Source: Cycas panzhihuaensis (taxonomy: Eukaryota > Plantae > Cycadophyta). Taken from it: DNA of 64,000 nt. Where the stretch lies: NCBI GenBank assembly GCA_023213395.1, contig CM041465.1:202003741-202067740 (forward strand), read 5' to 3'. Shown here piece by piece: positions 25,076 through 38,851 of the stretch (the stretch's first letter is position 1; each line of letters opens with the position of its first letter). Made by a program: the position numbers and the translations under genes. The notes beneath the pieces are model-generated. The model ran no database searches. It was not told the DNA's origin and saw nothing but the letters and a program-made list of their open reading frames with translations.

Positions 25076-25729
25076 TGTGTGCAAGTAAAACTATACACAT
25101 AGTTCTAAAGGAATTGTAATAAGTTAGGATTACATTGCAATTGAAGTTGAAACCATGAATCGATCGCAGTTGGGGTCGTGATTGCGAGCGGATCATGGTT
25201 GGGGTCGCGAGTACAAGCCGATCGCAGTTGGAGTCACAGTTGGGAGCCGATCGTAGTTGGGATCACGAGTGCAAGCAGATCATAGTTGGGGCCACGATTA
25301 CAAAAAGATCATAGTTGGAGCCGTAACTGCAAGCCGATTGCAGTTGGGACCGCGAATGCAATTTGATTGCAATTAGAGGATTATAACTGATACCGATTGC
25401 AATTAGAAGACCAGTCATTGTAATTATTTTGTAACTAACGATAGTTGAAACCATTGATCTTTTTGTATAAGTAATGGTTAATTTGGACATGTAGGTGTGC
25501 ATGCGTGGAAAAGAAACTGAAGAAAGGATTGTAGAGAATTGGTTCTCTTGCTGTGATAGACTTGACATGCTAATACGATTCTTGTAGACTATAGGGTCTG
25601 CGTCTGGTTGTGAGAGGACCAAACACAGTTCTCTATTTTAATAATATTATGTTTTGCATCATATCGTGTATCCCCTATGCTTACTTTATTCATTATGTTG
25701 GTAGTTGCAATGAGTAAGATATAGACACA
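25076..25729 (+). repeat. Gypsy-2 3' LTR (~654 bp)
   Basis: TGTGT...ACACA termini, PPT-like tract upstream, abrupt switch to a foreign integrase frame at 25730. Confidence 0.75.
25162..25410 (+). repeat. Tandem array of about 8 degenerate 29-bp units in the Gypsy-2 LTR
   Basis: Units such as GATCGCAGTTGGGGTCGTGATTGCGAGCG and GATCATAGTTGGAGCCGTAACTGCAAGCC. Confidence 0.85.
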
Positions 25730-26361
25730 CAATCTCCATGGATTTCCAAAGGTTATAGTTTGCAACTGCAATCCTAAATTCTCAAACAATTTATGGTAGG
25801 AATTATTTAAGCTAGCCGACACCAAATTGTCCAGGAGTATAACCTACCACCCTCAAACAGATGGTCAAATAAAAGCGGTAAACAAATGTTTGGAAGGATA
25901 TCTATGGAATTTCACATCTGGCAAACAATAATAATGGCACAAATAGATTCATTTGGTTGAGTGGTGGCATAACACCGCATACCACTATTAAGGTTAAGAT
26001 TTTTACTTGGAATTTTTTATTGTTTCTCTTAAGCCAATGTTAACTTAGAGTCTTTAGTTAGAGCACAACTTATGTTATTATTAAAAGTTGTGCAAAGTGT
26101 TTTCTTTTGGCTCTCTCTCATGGCTTCTCTTTGTGGCCTTTGATGTATATGTATATGAGAATCTCTCACTTGGAAGTACTGAGAAGAAGACATTATTCTG
26201 GAGCAAAATACTTGTCTATTTTTTAACATGGTATTAGAGCAGGACTGAAGGGACCATTTGTTGGAGGCTTCAATTTTCCTTTCTGCATCAATCTAAGGAA
26301 GCCTGAAGGGACCACTCAATGGAGGCTTTAGAAGATAATCCCAAGGAATAGTATGGCCTGT

Positions 26362-29300
26362 TGTTAGAAAATGCAACTGAAGCAAACAAGGTCGACAGGA
26401 TCTTTCACATCATGCAGATAACAAGCAGAAGCAGATCACACTGGACACCATATTACCGTGGGAAACCTTTACGGGTGAAAACCCACAAATGAATAATATT
26501 CACATTATGACAAAATGATGATACATAAAAAATGGACTTTGATTTATATTTATAGATCTAAAGTGCCAAATATAAGTACAAATACATCTATTAGGTCACC
26601 ACAATCGTGACTATTCCTCCACATACTTTGGTATAAAAATAGAAGGCCCACTTTACATTAGGTGGTATGGTCACATATTTCAACATCCCCTCTTAATGTA
26701 AATGTGGGGCAACAAGGATTATCACTAGGAATAAATCCCCTCTCAAGGATAACCTTACTCAACCCAATATGCACGAACGTCGATGTAGCGATCTTCACTC
26801 AGATGTAATGGTGCCATGCCTCGTATGTGCTCAATTCTTTGGAAATGCTCCAACAGACCTGCAACCATACAACTCTTTCTGCACCTGACACTTCGTCCAT
26901 TCAACTCAGCCAAATTCCTTTGACTAAACCAAGAGGTTGAGCCACTTAAGCCATGTGAATCGCGTCTTCAAGTCTTCGTTAAGGAACACTGATATGATAT
27001 GATACGATACCCAACTAACTGAAGCTGCTGAAGTAAGGATCAAATGGACCATAAACATAGAGACTGGTGCTAAATATCTCATCATACATTAATCCTTCTT
27101 CCTGCTATGGATCACCTATGCAACAAGTCTTCAAACTTGCAAACTGATCAGGTTCTTTGCTTCAATATAACTCTCCATCGTGAATCTGTACTCACTGGAA
27201 TGTTGGTATCCATCTCAAGTTTTGACTGGCATGCTGATCCATGATCTTCCATCATCCTGTAGGTCTTCAACTGTCAATGGAACATGGGGTTGCAATCCAT
27301 ATCATATCATCTAACAGCTCCTCATCATCAATCTGTCACTAAGTCCTGTTTCTGTCTCAAGCACAATGTTAGGCAAACAAACCTCCACACCTGTTGAATA
27401 ACGACATGGACAAGTGAAGCAATGAAGGATAAAACCTGTAACCAAATGATACTCAAAATAATACGTCAACAACTCTATAACATCTAGACTGATCACAATG
27501 CATTTCCCCTCATATGCTATTCGTCTAAGATGTGTGCACTCCAATGCACCAAGGGAATGAATGGAAGGCTTCTGACTTGGTCCAAACACAACATATGAGT
27601 GGAAATTATGGCACGAACAGTCACAACCAGAGGTACCCATACCTATCCGCTACAGCTTATGCCATCAAACCATTGGAGGCAAACACTAACCTGCACCAAC
27701 CTCACCATCTGCATCATGATATTCACCTGTAATGTAACCTAACAGGCCAACTATACATACCATGACAAAGGCATAACTGATTTTAAGACTTCTCGTCTTA
27801 GACCTTTCCATTCACACTTCAATTTTATCAAGCACTCTACTTTGGTTCCACATTAGACTTGCTCAGATATGCACCCATGTTGAACCAACATCAAACAAGG
27901 CCACAAACTTCATGCTATCATCAATCCAACAACCATTCATACAAGCAAATTCTGAGCATCATCACCTCATACACATCTGATGCAACTGAACTCGAATGTA
28001 ATCATGAATAAATCCACACTTATTTCACTGAATAATCACATAAATCATGAATTTTGTGCAATGATCAATGCCGCACTCAAAACAGTAATAGAGTTTGTAT
28101 TAAGTTGCAATAAAGGTATTTCATACATGCTCTTTTTTCTTCTCTTTGCCCAATATCACCCTCAACCTGCCCATCAAATTGGCTCTCTACTAGTCCATCA
28201 AATTCGCCTCAATTTTGCCTTCAAAACATGCCCAAATTTGCCCTTCTCTTGCCCTTAAAACCTGTCCAACTCTTACCATGTAATATACGAGCAACAAGTA
28301 TGACATCATCACCTCATATCGCCCTATTCTCTCTCGCCTCATCATGCCCTCTTCTTCGCCCATAAAGCCCCTTCATGTAAATTACATTCTAAGGAGCATT
28401 AAGTCCCCATATGTCACCCAACTTACTCTCTCATGTAAATCACATGCTAGAGAGTCAACCATATAGCCATCATGCCTCACAAGCATACCTCACATTGCCA
28501 TCCAACTCATGCATATATCACCACTAGAAACATGCTTCCTTAATGATAAAAAATGCATTGAAGAAAAGTCTATAAATGTCTTCACACCTTCGCCAAAAAC
28601 TTCATATTAAAGCATCTTAACAAGGATCTCCATAACAAACACTTTAATATGACTTTTAATTCAATGGACAATCTTCAAAGGAGAACAACATATGCCAAAA
28701 GCAAAGATATTTTAAGATATATGATATATGATTGAAATATATCAAATATATCAAAGTATCCATTATAATGTGATTGACGTGGGCGACTTAATATATTGAA
28801 TGGGCAATTCAATATATAAAAAATATATATAGAAGGCGGCTTTGATAATCCAATCAGCATTATATATCAAAAAATGATTTCAATATAATATATATGAAAA
28901 GGCAATTAAACGACGAAACTAAAAAGGAGGCGCATGAAGTTATCACACCCGCAGCTGCTAGTATATATTACAATATATGAACAACAACGACATTCTTCAA
29001 CAGATGACGACGACTAGAACAGATAAAAAACCATCGGCAATTTCACGGGTAACATTAAATATATCAACGGTGATAAGGTCAATGTATGGGGGGCGAATGC
29101 ACATATACAGATGAGCGACGCCATCGGCTGCCAAATTCACGCGGCTTGAGCTTATCGACGACGACGTCAATAAATACATAGCAAGTACAACTAGGCGGCT
29201 GGGATATATCAATAGCTGAGGTTGCGACTACATATATCTCAGATGATGGCTGAATTAATATGACAGCGCAGATTCAACGTGATAACAGATGATGATCGGG

Positions 29301-30603
29301 CAATGCAATAATAAACACACACAACGACAGCATTACATTATCGTCCACAATCATTCAAACTAACATGCAAACACAGAGGCATGAACACACTCATCACGTG
29401 GACAACATGATACGGGTGACTCAAAGTTGAAATATGTCACGCCTACCACGCAAGACGATGCATGCTTAAATTATCACCCACGCAGATGAATATAAACCAC
29501 ACAGCTTGCAAAATATATATGCAGGCTATAAATTATTCATCACGTTTGGCAGATGCAGCATAATATATCATCACGGGTAGCACATATCTCAACATGCAGC
29601 GGCAAGGTGATCTTAATCAAATACTAACCGTGAGCTACAACAGTGTATCATGCATAGATCACGCAGATCACAATACAATGATGGAAGGTGCAATCTTAAT
29701 CACAATAACCATACACTATCCAAGCAGGGCAGAAGCGACAGTGACATAAATACATCGAAGGGCAACAATATTATACAACCGTGCCAGTTTATCACCTTGT
29801 ATTTATTACTGGCGACTAAATATAGTTATTCAAGCCCTAAAATCAAGCGGGTGAATATATATTTAATGAGCATACCTTATATTATTGCCGTATAATATTG
29901 TTTCACGGCTCTACAATGGGCTCACTAGGGTTTCTACACTCTCCCACAGGTAACAGAGGGCTGGCAATCAACTCTACAGTGCACAAACTCAATGACATCG
30001 TCAAACAGGGATATGACACCTTCAGCAGATAGAAACGACACTCACATAGCTGGCAACGGAGTCAACGCTCATCCACACACCTCCATGTAGCTTAGAGCAC
30101 ATGCAAATAATAGACAGAAGGCTTCTGGGATCCTTAATGATCATCTGCACTCCATGGCTATTCTGCAGGGTTATCGGGTACGCCAATCTACAAAGGGCAA
30201 GCTAGCATGACCTGGTACCATCGATTGGACCTCCGACAACATTCATCTACTTGTGCATGACCTACAAGCTCTGATACCATGTTAGAAAACACAACTGAAG
30301 CAAACAAGGTCGATAGGATCTTTTACATCAGGCAGATAATAAGCAGAAGTAGATCACACTGGACACCATATTGCCGTGGGAAACCCTTATGAGTGAAAAC
30401 CCACAAATGAATAATATTCACATTATAACAAAATGATGATACATCAAAGACGGACTTTGATCTATATTTATAGATCTAAAGTTCCAAATATAAGTACAAA
30501 TACATCCATTAGGTCACCACAATCGAGACTATTCCTCCACATACTTAAGCATAAAAATAGGAGGCCCACTTTACATTAGGTGGTATGGTCACACATTTCA
30601 ACA
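26362..30603 (-). mobile_element. Element D: non-autonomous Copia-derived LTR element with heavily eroded pol
   Basis: 324-bp LTRs 26362-26685 and 30280-30603; PBS 30268-30279; PPT TTAAGAGGGGA; TSD CCTGT/CTTGC; no intact ORF. Confidence 0.92.
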
Positions 30604-31150
30604 CTTGCAAATTGAAGCTGTATGGAAGTGTACATACCTATGCAAACTTGTACGAACGAGAAATTTGAAAGTTGTCAAATCGAGATGAAACTTTCCCAAA
30701 TTGAGCACCTTTGTACGGAGATTAGTTTTCTCCAAAGGATCAACCCCAAATTTGGCCTTCATTAGCAGGAATCTAAGCTTTTTCAAAAGCGTGGGTTTGG
30801 GCATTCCTCAGTTGATTTCTCTCATTTTTGTCAATTTTTTTCTAGAAATTGGATGCATTCTCTTCTATTTTGCAAGAGCATTCCATCAAGTACTAACTTG
30901 CAGGGTTTCATTTGAGATTTTTCAAGATATTTACAAATTTCTCTTTTAAACCCTAGTCGCCCATAAAGCTTTTGGGCTAGTTTTTTGCTTAACCAGACAT
31001 CCAATCCAAAAACTAACTTCAGATCTACATAAGCAACCTATTAAGCTTCAACATAAGACCCACTTCATTTTTCACCTTTAGATTTTTGTACAACTGTACA
31101 ATTGTATGGTACCTTACAGTTTCAATCATACAATCTTTCCTCTACACAAA

Positions 31151-34100
31151 ATGGCTTCTATTTACTCCCTCGGTAAAAAATGATAAACTAACTAGACCAA
31201 ATTATCTTGCCTAGAAAATAAAAATGAAGAATATTTTGTCTGTTAAAAATGCATGGAATATACTCAATAAAACAAAATCCAACCCAAGAAATGCTGATAG
31301 GGCTAAGTTAACTAGTTGGCAAGAAAGGAACAACCAGTTGGGAAGAAAGAAACAACCATGCTCTTGCTGCCATCACCTTATTAGTTGTTGATTCTTTGCA
31401 AACTCACATTAGTGAGGTCACCTTAGCTGCTGAAGCTTGGAGCATCCTTGCCTCCTTATTCTAGCAAAGAAATGAAGCTAGGATAATCTCTTTAATGGAA
31501 CACTTGTATCATATTCAATTACGAGAAGGTGAAGCAGTATCCAATTTCATTATTTAGGTAGTCAAGTTAAAAGAAAGCCTTGCATTTGCTGATTAACTTG
31601 CCTCGAACCCAGAACTTGTCAGGTTTGTGCTCTACAAGTTACTTAGATCCTTCGACAATCTGGTAAATACCCTTACTATAGGAGGATAGTCAACCAGTAT
31701 GACTTTTGGTATTCTATGTGGTCATCTTCTTTAGCAAGAACAAGAATCAAAAGATATGAGGAAATAAGGGAGCTTGAGGAAGCCTTTATAACCAGGCTTC
31801 ATCTTAGAGGTAGAGGTCCAATCAAAAATTGATCAAGGGGAAGAAGAAGAGCTGCAGGAGGAAGAATGGAAGAGACTGGAACTCATTACTATTATGGGAG
31901 AACAAGCCATCTTATTAGAGGTTGTCGTCAAAGGAGAGCTGAAATTGCCCAAGGGAAGAGAGTTGCAGGTAATTATAGCAAAGAGCAATTGACAAATGAT
32001 GAAGAAGAGACTGCCTTTATTACAACACTAGCATCATCCATTCAATCCCACCATGACTGGTATATTGACTCTAGGGCATCTTATCATATGACTACAAGAA
32101 AGGATTGGTTTGAGTCTCTTCTCTTGAATCCTAATAGTAACGTTATGGAGCTTGGGAGTAATTCCACCCTAAGGATTGGAGGAAGAGGAACTATTACTAT
32201 TAGAATAAAAGGAAAAATTCAGAAAATAGGCAGTGTCCTTGTACTTGGCTTATGGAAAAATCTCTTATCTGTCTTACAACTAACAAAGAAGAAAAAACTT
32301 CATATTATCTTTGATGGAGCTAAATGTTTCATTTGTGACAAGATGAAAAATAATGCTGTAATAACTAAAGGAATAAAGATTAATAATTCATATAAATTAG
32401 TCTCTACACCTATTGTTCAAGCTCTCTCTATATGCAGTTTTGATAATAGTAAAAGTTGGCATTCTCGATATGGGCACATCTCAAATGATAGGTTAAGAAT
32501 GCATTAAATGTCCAATATGGTTCATGGTCTTCCGGATATCTCATTTAATTCTAATGTTTGTGAAGGGTGCACGCTAGGAAAGCAACACATATCTCATTTT
32601 TAATCAAGCACGTGGAGAGATCAAAGCTTGAACTAGTACATACTGATTTATGCAGACCAATCTCCCCAAACTCCATCAATGGTGACAAGTATTTTCTCAC
32701 CTTCATAAATGATTTGAGGATAAAAGCTTGGATGTATTTCATTACCAACAAATCAAAAGCTTTCAACTTATTCAAAGAATTCAAAGCTATGGTTGACTTA
32801 GAGAGTAGGCATAAGTTTAAAGTCCTAAGGATAGATAGGGGAGGAGAATATACCTCTAATGACTTCTACAAATATTGTAAAGCACATGGCATTCATAGGT
32901 AGCTCACCATTGTTTACACTCCCCAATCAAATGGGGTTGCAAAGAGGCTAGATAGATCAATCAATAATAGAAATGGCTAGATGCACACTAAAAGAGAAAG
33001 GAGTCTCAAATGTTTGTTGGACTGAAGCAGTCAACACTGCAGTCTACCGTTTGAATAGGTGTCCCACTAGTGCCCTTGAAAAACTCACTCCTGAGGAAGC
33101 TTGGTCCAAAAGGAAACTAGACATTAGCCATCTCAAAATCTTTGGAAGCACTGCTTATGTGCATATTCCAAATTAGAAAAGATTTAAGCCAGATGATAAG
33201 AGCATCAGATGCATCCTAGTCGATCATAGTAGCAAGTCCAAAGCATATAGATGCTTGGATGTGAAGACAAACAAAACCTACATTAGCAAAGATGTAACCT
33301 TTGATGAAATATTAAAGGAAGAATTCCAGGAAGTTGCCTCCCCCAAAAGATTAGTACAAGAAGAAATCATACCTCCTCAAGAGTCAACATGCAATCAAAC
33401 ATCGATTTCATAAGAAGGGAATGACTTGAGAGAAGGTACCATAAATATTATTTCTCTAGTAGTGAATGTACAACCAAGGGAATCCTATTAGTCTTATACT
33501 AGGATACCCAAATGGTATCCTGTGAGACTTTCGAGCAATAAACTAGGCTTCAAAAACATCAAGCCTTGATTTGTTCTACTGAACCACAAAATTATGAAGA
33601 GGTTTGTAGAGATGAAAGATGGAAAACTGCAATGGAAAAGGAACTTCTTACTATTAAATAGAATGAAACATGCAATTCGGTACTACTACCTAAGGGAAAA
33701 CCTATAGTTGGATGCAAATGGGTTTATAAGATCAAGGAAAAACCTAATGGGAGCATTGAGAAGTATAAAGCTCAACTAGTTGTCAAGGGATACACTCAGA
33801 TTGCGAGGATCGGTTATGAAGAAACTTTTGCTCTAGTAGCCAAGATGATCACAATTTAAATTGTTATAGCTCTAGCAACACAATATAATTGGAAAATTAT
33901 ACAACTTGATGTAAAGAGCACCTCTCTAAACAAAAATCCAATAGAGGAAGTTTATATGGAGCAACCTCTTGGCTTCATAAAAGAAGGCAGTGAACACTTA
34001 GTTTGCTAGCTAAAGAAGGCCTTTTATGGATTGGAATAGGCTCCACAAGCATGGTATGAGAAACTAAATATGCACATTAGGGAGAACGAATTCAAAAGAT

Positions 34101-35111
34101 GTGAATCTGATCTAAGTCTATACATAAAAAATAAAGGAAAGAATCTAGTCACCATAATTATTGTTTATGTTGATGATCTAATTGTCACAAGGAATGATGA
34201 TGATACCATCAACTAGGTGAAGCAAGAAATAGAAGGCAAATTTGAAATGTCAAATTTGAGTGAACTTTATTACTATTTGGAAATTGAAATATATTAGAAG
34301 GAGAATGGATTTTTTTTTTTCTAAGAAAAACATGCAAAAAATCTTCTCAAAAGATTCTAAATGGAGGAGTGCAAGTCATGTGCAACTCCCATGGAAACAA
34401 GTTGCTCTCCAACAACTGATGATGAAGACAAGGATGTTGATGAAACTCTCTACCTACAATTCATTAGCAATCTTATCTCTCTCACAACAACTAGATTGGA
34501 TATTTCCTATTCCATGGGACTATCTCCAGATATATGAGTAAGACCAGGATTGCATACTAGAATGCTACAAAACGCATCCTAAGATATGCTAAGGGCACGA
34601 CGAATCTTGGGCTAAACTATAACAAGGCTATAGAGCCTAAACTAGTTGGATATAATGACTTATTTGAGCTGAAGAGAAATAGGAAAGAAAGTCCACCATA
34701 GGTCATTGCTTCAACTTAGGCTTAGCAATCATTTCATGGAGCAACAGAAAACAAGCAACTATAGGTTCGTCATCCATAGAGGTCGAATACAGGGCAACTA
34801 TAAGTGCAATCTATGAAGTAATTTGGCTAAGATAACTCCTTAAAGATCTAAGTCTTGATATGTCTGAAGCAAATCAAATATATTATGACAGTTAGAGTTC
34901 CATCAAGATGGCGAAGAATTTAGTTTTTAATGCCAAGACAAAGCATATAGAAGTTCATCATCACTTCATCAGAGAAAAGGTCCAAAGTAAGGAAGTTGAG
35001 CTTCAATACTGCTACAGTGAACATCAATTAACAAACATTCTTACCAAACCTTTGGGAAAGGATAAATTTCTACATCTTAGAACTCTTCTAGGAGTCAAGG
35101 AGGAGGAGTAA
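31151..35111 (+). pseudogene. Copia C gag-pol
   Basis: WYIDSRASYHM; WHSRYGH; LVHTDLCRP; RIDRGGEY; LDVKS; YVDDL; AKTKHIEVHHHFIREKV. Confidence 0.95.
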
Positions 35112-36439
35112 AAACTTTAAAGGGAGGTGTTAAGGTTTTTATTTAAAATTTTTTATTGTTTCTCTTAAGTCAATGTTAACTTAGAGTCTTTAGTTAGAGT
35201 ACAATTAATGTTATTTTTTAAAGTTGTGCAAAGTGTTTTCTTTTGGCTCTCTCTCATTGGCTCCTCTTTGTAGCCTTTGATGTATATGTATATGAGAATC
35301 TCTCACTTGCAAATAATGAGAAGAAGACATTATTCTAGAGCAAAATACTTGTCTCTTTTTTAACAACCACACCATCGCAAAAGATGTCTCTGTTTTAAGC
35401 GTTATATGGCTTTGAACCTCCATCCATTTTTACTTGGGCAAAGATCTCACAAGTCTAGTTTGTTCAAGAACAACAAGAACAAATGGAGAGAACAATACAA
35501 ATACTCAAAGATAACTTAAATCTAGCCAGGAATTAGGTGAAAAAACAAGCAGACTTAGATAGAAGTGAGAGATCCTTTATAGTAGGACATTGGATCTTCT
35601 TAAGACTTCAACCTTATAAACAAGCCACAATGAAATAATCTGGCAAGTTCAAGTTACAACCATGTTTCTTTGGCCTATATTAGATTATAGACAACGTAGG
35701 ACATACCAACTCGACCTGCCTTGGGTAGTCGCATCCATAATGTCTTCCACATCTCATGTTTCAAATAGAAGCTGGGACAAACTATCACTCCACAGACAAA
35801 TTTGCTAGTACTGGACGAAGAGGGCAGGATAATTATAAAACCAGAAGGCATCATACAAATACGGACTAAGAGGCTACGCTCTAGAGAGATTCGAGAGTAC
35901 TTGATAAAATGGAAGACCCTTGATCACGAGGAAGCAACTTGGGAGTCTAAGGAATGGTACTAATAACACACAAACCTTCCTATGCTTTGAGGGCAAAGCA
36001 TGTTTTTAAGGGGAGGGACTTGTAGCGTTGCCACTACTAGGAAATCAACCCCAATTCAATCTAGTTGACCTTATTATGCAACTCATTGTGGTCGACATTA
36101 TTAAACTATCTTGGTTGACCTCCTCAAGTAGCTTTCTGGTCGCCTATTTATAGGGCTTTTTAGCCTAGGTTTGGGCATCAGTTTTGGAGCTACGGATCTG
36201 CCATTATTTTGGCCTTAAGGGCAACTTTGGGAGGATGCTTTGCCTCAAAGATGAAGCCCATGGTCAAGGTTTTTCACCTATTATCAATTGGTAACTGTGT
36301 ACATACAATATTGGTATTATTTTCATCTTAGTATTGAGTATTGTTTGATCATTAATTGTGAATGTCATTCTTTTATCTCAATACTTGCTTTCAGCACTAT
36401 TTTATTTGTTCAAATAGTCTTGTGCATGGATATTATCTA

Positions 36440-36697
36440 TGTAAGGTGTGAATTCCCCTTAGAATTCCCACAAGAACCCTCCTCCATGAGCATAAACTAA
36501 GTGCACACACTTGCATTTTCATGCCTATTGCCCATATTCATGCATTAGTTTGATATTCCTCACTCTTACTACATTCACTAGTGCAATCTCTCGTAATTCC
36601 TGTAGCATAGGAATGCTTGGTTCGCTCAGTCACACCTTGTGCTCCTCTACATGCATATCCCCTATATTAGTACCCTTGACCCAAGTTGGGAATTACA
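36440..36697. repeat. Probable solo LTR (258 bp)
   Basis: TGTAA...TTACA termini flanked by ATCTA/ATCTG. Confidence 0.6.
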
Positions 36698-36749
36698 ATC
36701 TGATTAACACTCCCTAATACTTTCGTAGTTTGGCCTAATAGGTTAACAA

Positions 36750-38851
36750 TTTGGTCATGTTGGGCTTCATGTTTTGTTAAATGTGCATGCAACTGGGTAG
36801 ACATACTTGAATGGATTGCTTTCTCTTTACTTGCATTCAAAGATAATTATCATAGTTTATACTCATTGCATCCCATATGCTAGATCATATGAAGTTGTCA
36901 TCTTCTATATGGATTTAGTGTTGGCCAGTTTTATGCTTCACATGACCATTCACATAGATTTGAATGATTAAAAAACATTCTCACACATTCATCGACACGT
37001 TGATGAGTTCGATCATGATCGGTTCACACAGTCTCACATTGACATTTATTGAACTGTAGATCTATTTGATCTCACACATACTTATCATCTTGACCAATGG
37101 GTTCAATGGTAGTCGATCAATAGCTTCATATTGTCAATTGCTAAACCATTGGCTTGATGCACACAAAAGAGAAGTTATTGCTAGATGGAGCGAGACATTG
37201 AAATTGCCATTCTTGGATATTATACCCTAGGTTGATTTTTGTTAGGGGGTAGAGATTCCACATTGCTACATTGTTTCCTTTGCAAGTTGATTCTCACATG
37301 CTCCTACATCCATAAGATTGTACTCCTAATGTAAGTCTTGGATTATTATTACATTTCGCTCACATGTATAGGGGTGATTGAGAAATCCTGGTCCATCTAT
37401 ACTTGCTTGGATTACTTGAGATCACATTGGTAGTGTAGGGATGCCCACCATTGCTATGCTCATAAAACTATAAAATTAGACATTCTAAATTCATTCCAAA
37501 TATGTCACCCTCACATATATCCTTGGCATAGAATATTGGCAATATGGTATATATAGATGTACAGTATGGAATTAGCAATGTTCACTCTTTATTGAGTGAA
37601 CTTCATCATGCCTTGTTACTAAGACAACAAATATTTTCTTAATTTTGTGCTTCTTGCCTTCAATCTATGAATCTTAGGTATATTCCACTCTTTCATACAT
37701 TAGATATGCATTTGTTGCTTGTCATTTGCATAACACTATATTTGATTACATACATTTGTTTGTCGCTTGTCTTACGCATGCATTTGATTGAGCATTTTCT
37801 TGTTTTCTTGTGCACATCTCATCTCCCCCTTGCCAGTGATGATATGGAATCTGTCCCTAATATCAGGTTATGTTATGGACGTACAACTATGTAGGTCAAG
37901 TCAATATACTTAATAGTCACTGTCATACATCTCTTCTATTGCGATTTCTCTCTTGTTTATTTTATCTCATATATTTATTTTGTTTTGCACACTTTGCTAT
38001 TGTTTTGCACCCTCTTTTGGTTCCTTTGAGTGACTTTTTCTGATTGGAAAGAGCCATACCCCTCTAAGTTGGCTTACATGGGTTAAGTTCCCCTCTGAGT
38101 TAACTATATTGTGAGTTAAACACAAGCTTGTGTCCCTCTGAGCAATTCATTTTGGTCAACATGAGCACTTTTTATTGTTTTTCATACACATTTGCATTCT
38201 CTTGCATTTTTTGCGTTGATCTTGAATGCAATTCATTATTTCACATACCCCATTGTCTAGATCTCTTCAACTAGTTGGGAATCAAGTGGTTGTGGGTCAA
38301 AAATGGGCATTGTATGAGGAAGTTATGCCCCTTTTATGTTTGCGCTTTCAACCATTGGTCCATCACGTGACATCTTGAGGCCCACACCACCATTAAAATT
38401 CAAAATTGCTACTCGTTGGACCTCTTCACTGTATGCTTTGAGACTTATTCTTTCTTTGCCTTCATCATTTTGCTGTAAATACCCCTCACACTTTCCCTTT
38501 TGAAGAGATATCATGCCATCACATGAGGAGACTATTGCCACACTTGCATGATGGGGTGATGTTTGGTGATTCTTGTTGATGATTGTTCAAGTCATCTTCA
38601 TCTCCTGCTTGTTGATACTCAAGTAAGGTGCATTTGTTCATTCATCGACATGACACTATCTCGATGATACTGTTGGTTTGATAATCCTTTTCTCACATTT
38701 CATTTTTCATTTCTCTTCTTGTTTGATTTATTTTTTTCATTTGAAAGATTTGTTTGGTGTTTCTTAAGTGCATTCACTTGATCTTATCTCTATTTTGAGG
38801 TGCCCACTGCTTCATCTACATGTAGGTTTTTATTTGAGATTTGGATTTATC
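36750..38851 (+). mobile_element. Highly eroded Gypsy-derived internal sequence (faint RT-like remnants)
   Basis: Only faint remnants such as VIEKSWSIYTCLDY and LLSELHHA; boundaries not resolved. Confidence 0.35.

Larger units (their letters stand above)
6579..25729 (+). mobile_element. Gypsy-2: relative of Gypsy-1, interrupted by element B; 5' LTR outside the window
   Basis: gag, PR, CA-like repeats, RT, RH, INT, extra ORF, PPT-like GATGGAGGAGA and LTR TGTGT...ACACA; reading frame resumes across the B insertion. Confidence 0.85.
25986..35365 (+). mobile_element. Copia C, full-length but decayed, interrupted by D
   Basis: LTRs 25986-26228 and 35128-35365; PBS TGGTATTAGAGC at 26229; PPT AAAGGGAGG; TSD ACCAC/ACCAC. 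Confidence 0.95.
25730..36020 (+). mobile_element. Element F: chromovirus-type Gypsy integrase/chromodomain end (25730-25985 and 35371-35990), split by Copia C; 3' LTR starts at 36021
   Basis: LHGFPKVIV...YHPQTDGQIKAVNKCLEGYL; HNVFHIS; REYLIKWKTLDHEEATWES; PPT AAGGGGAGGGAC followed by TGTAGC. Confidence 0.85.

Noticed and set aside
25162-25410. 29-bp periodic array as a CRISPR array
   Set aside because: Units are contiguous degenerate tandem repeats with no unique spacers, inside a plant LTR, with no cas genes.
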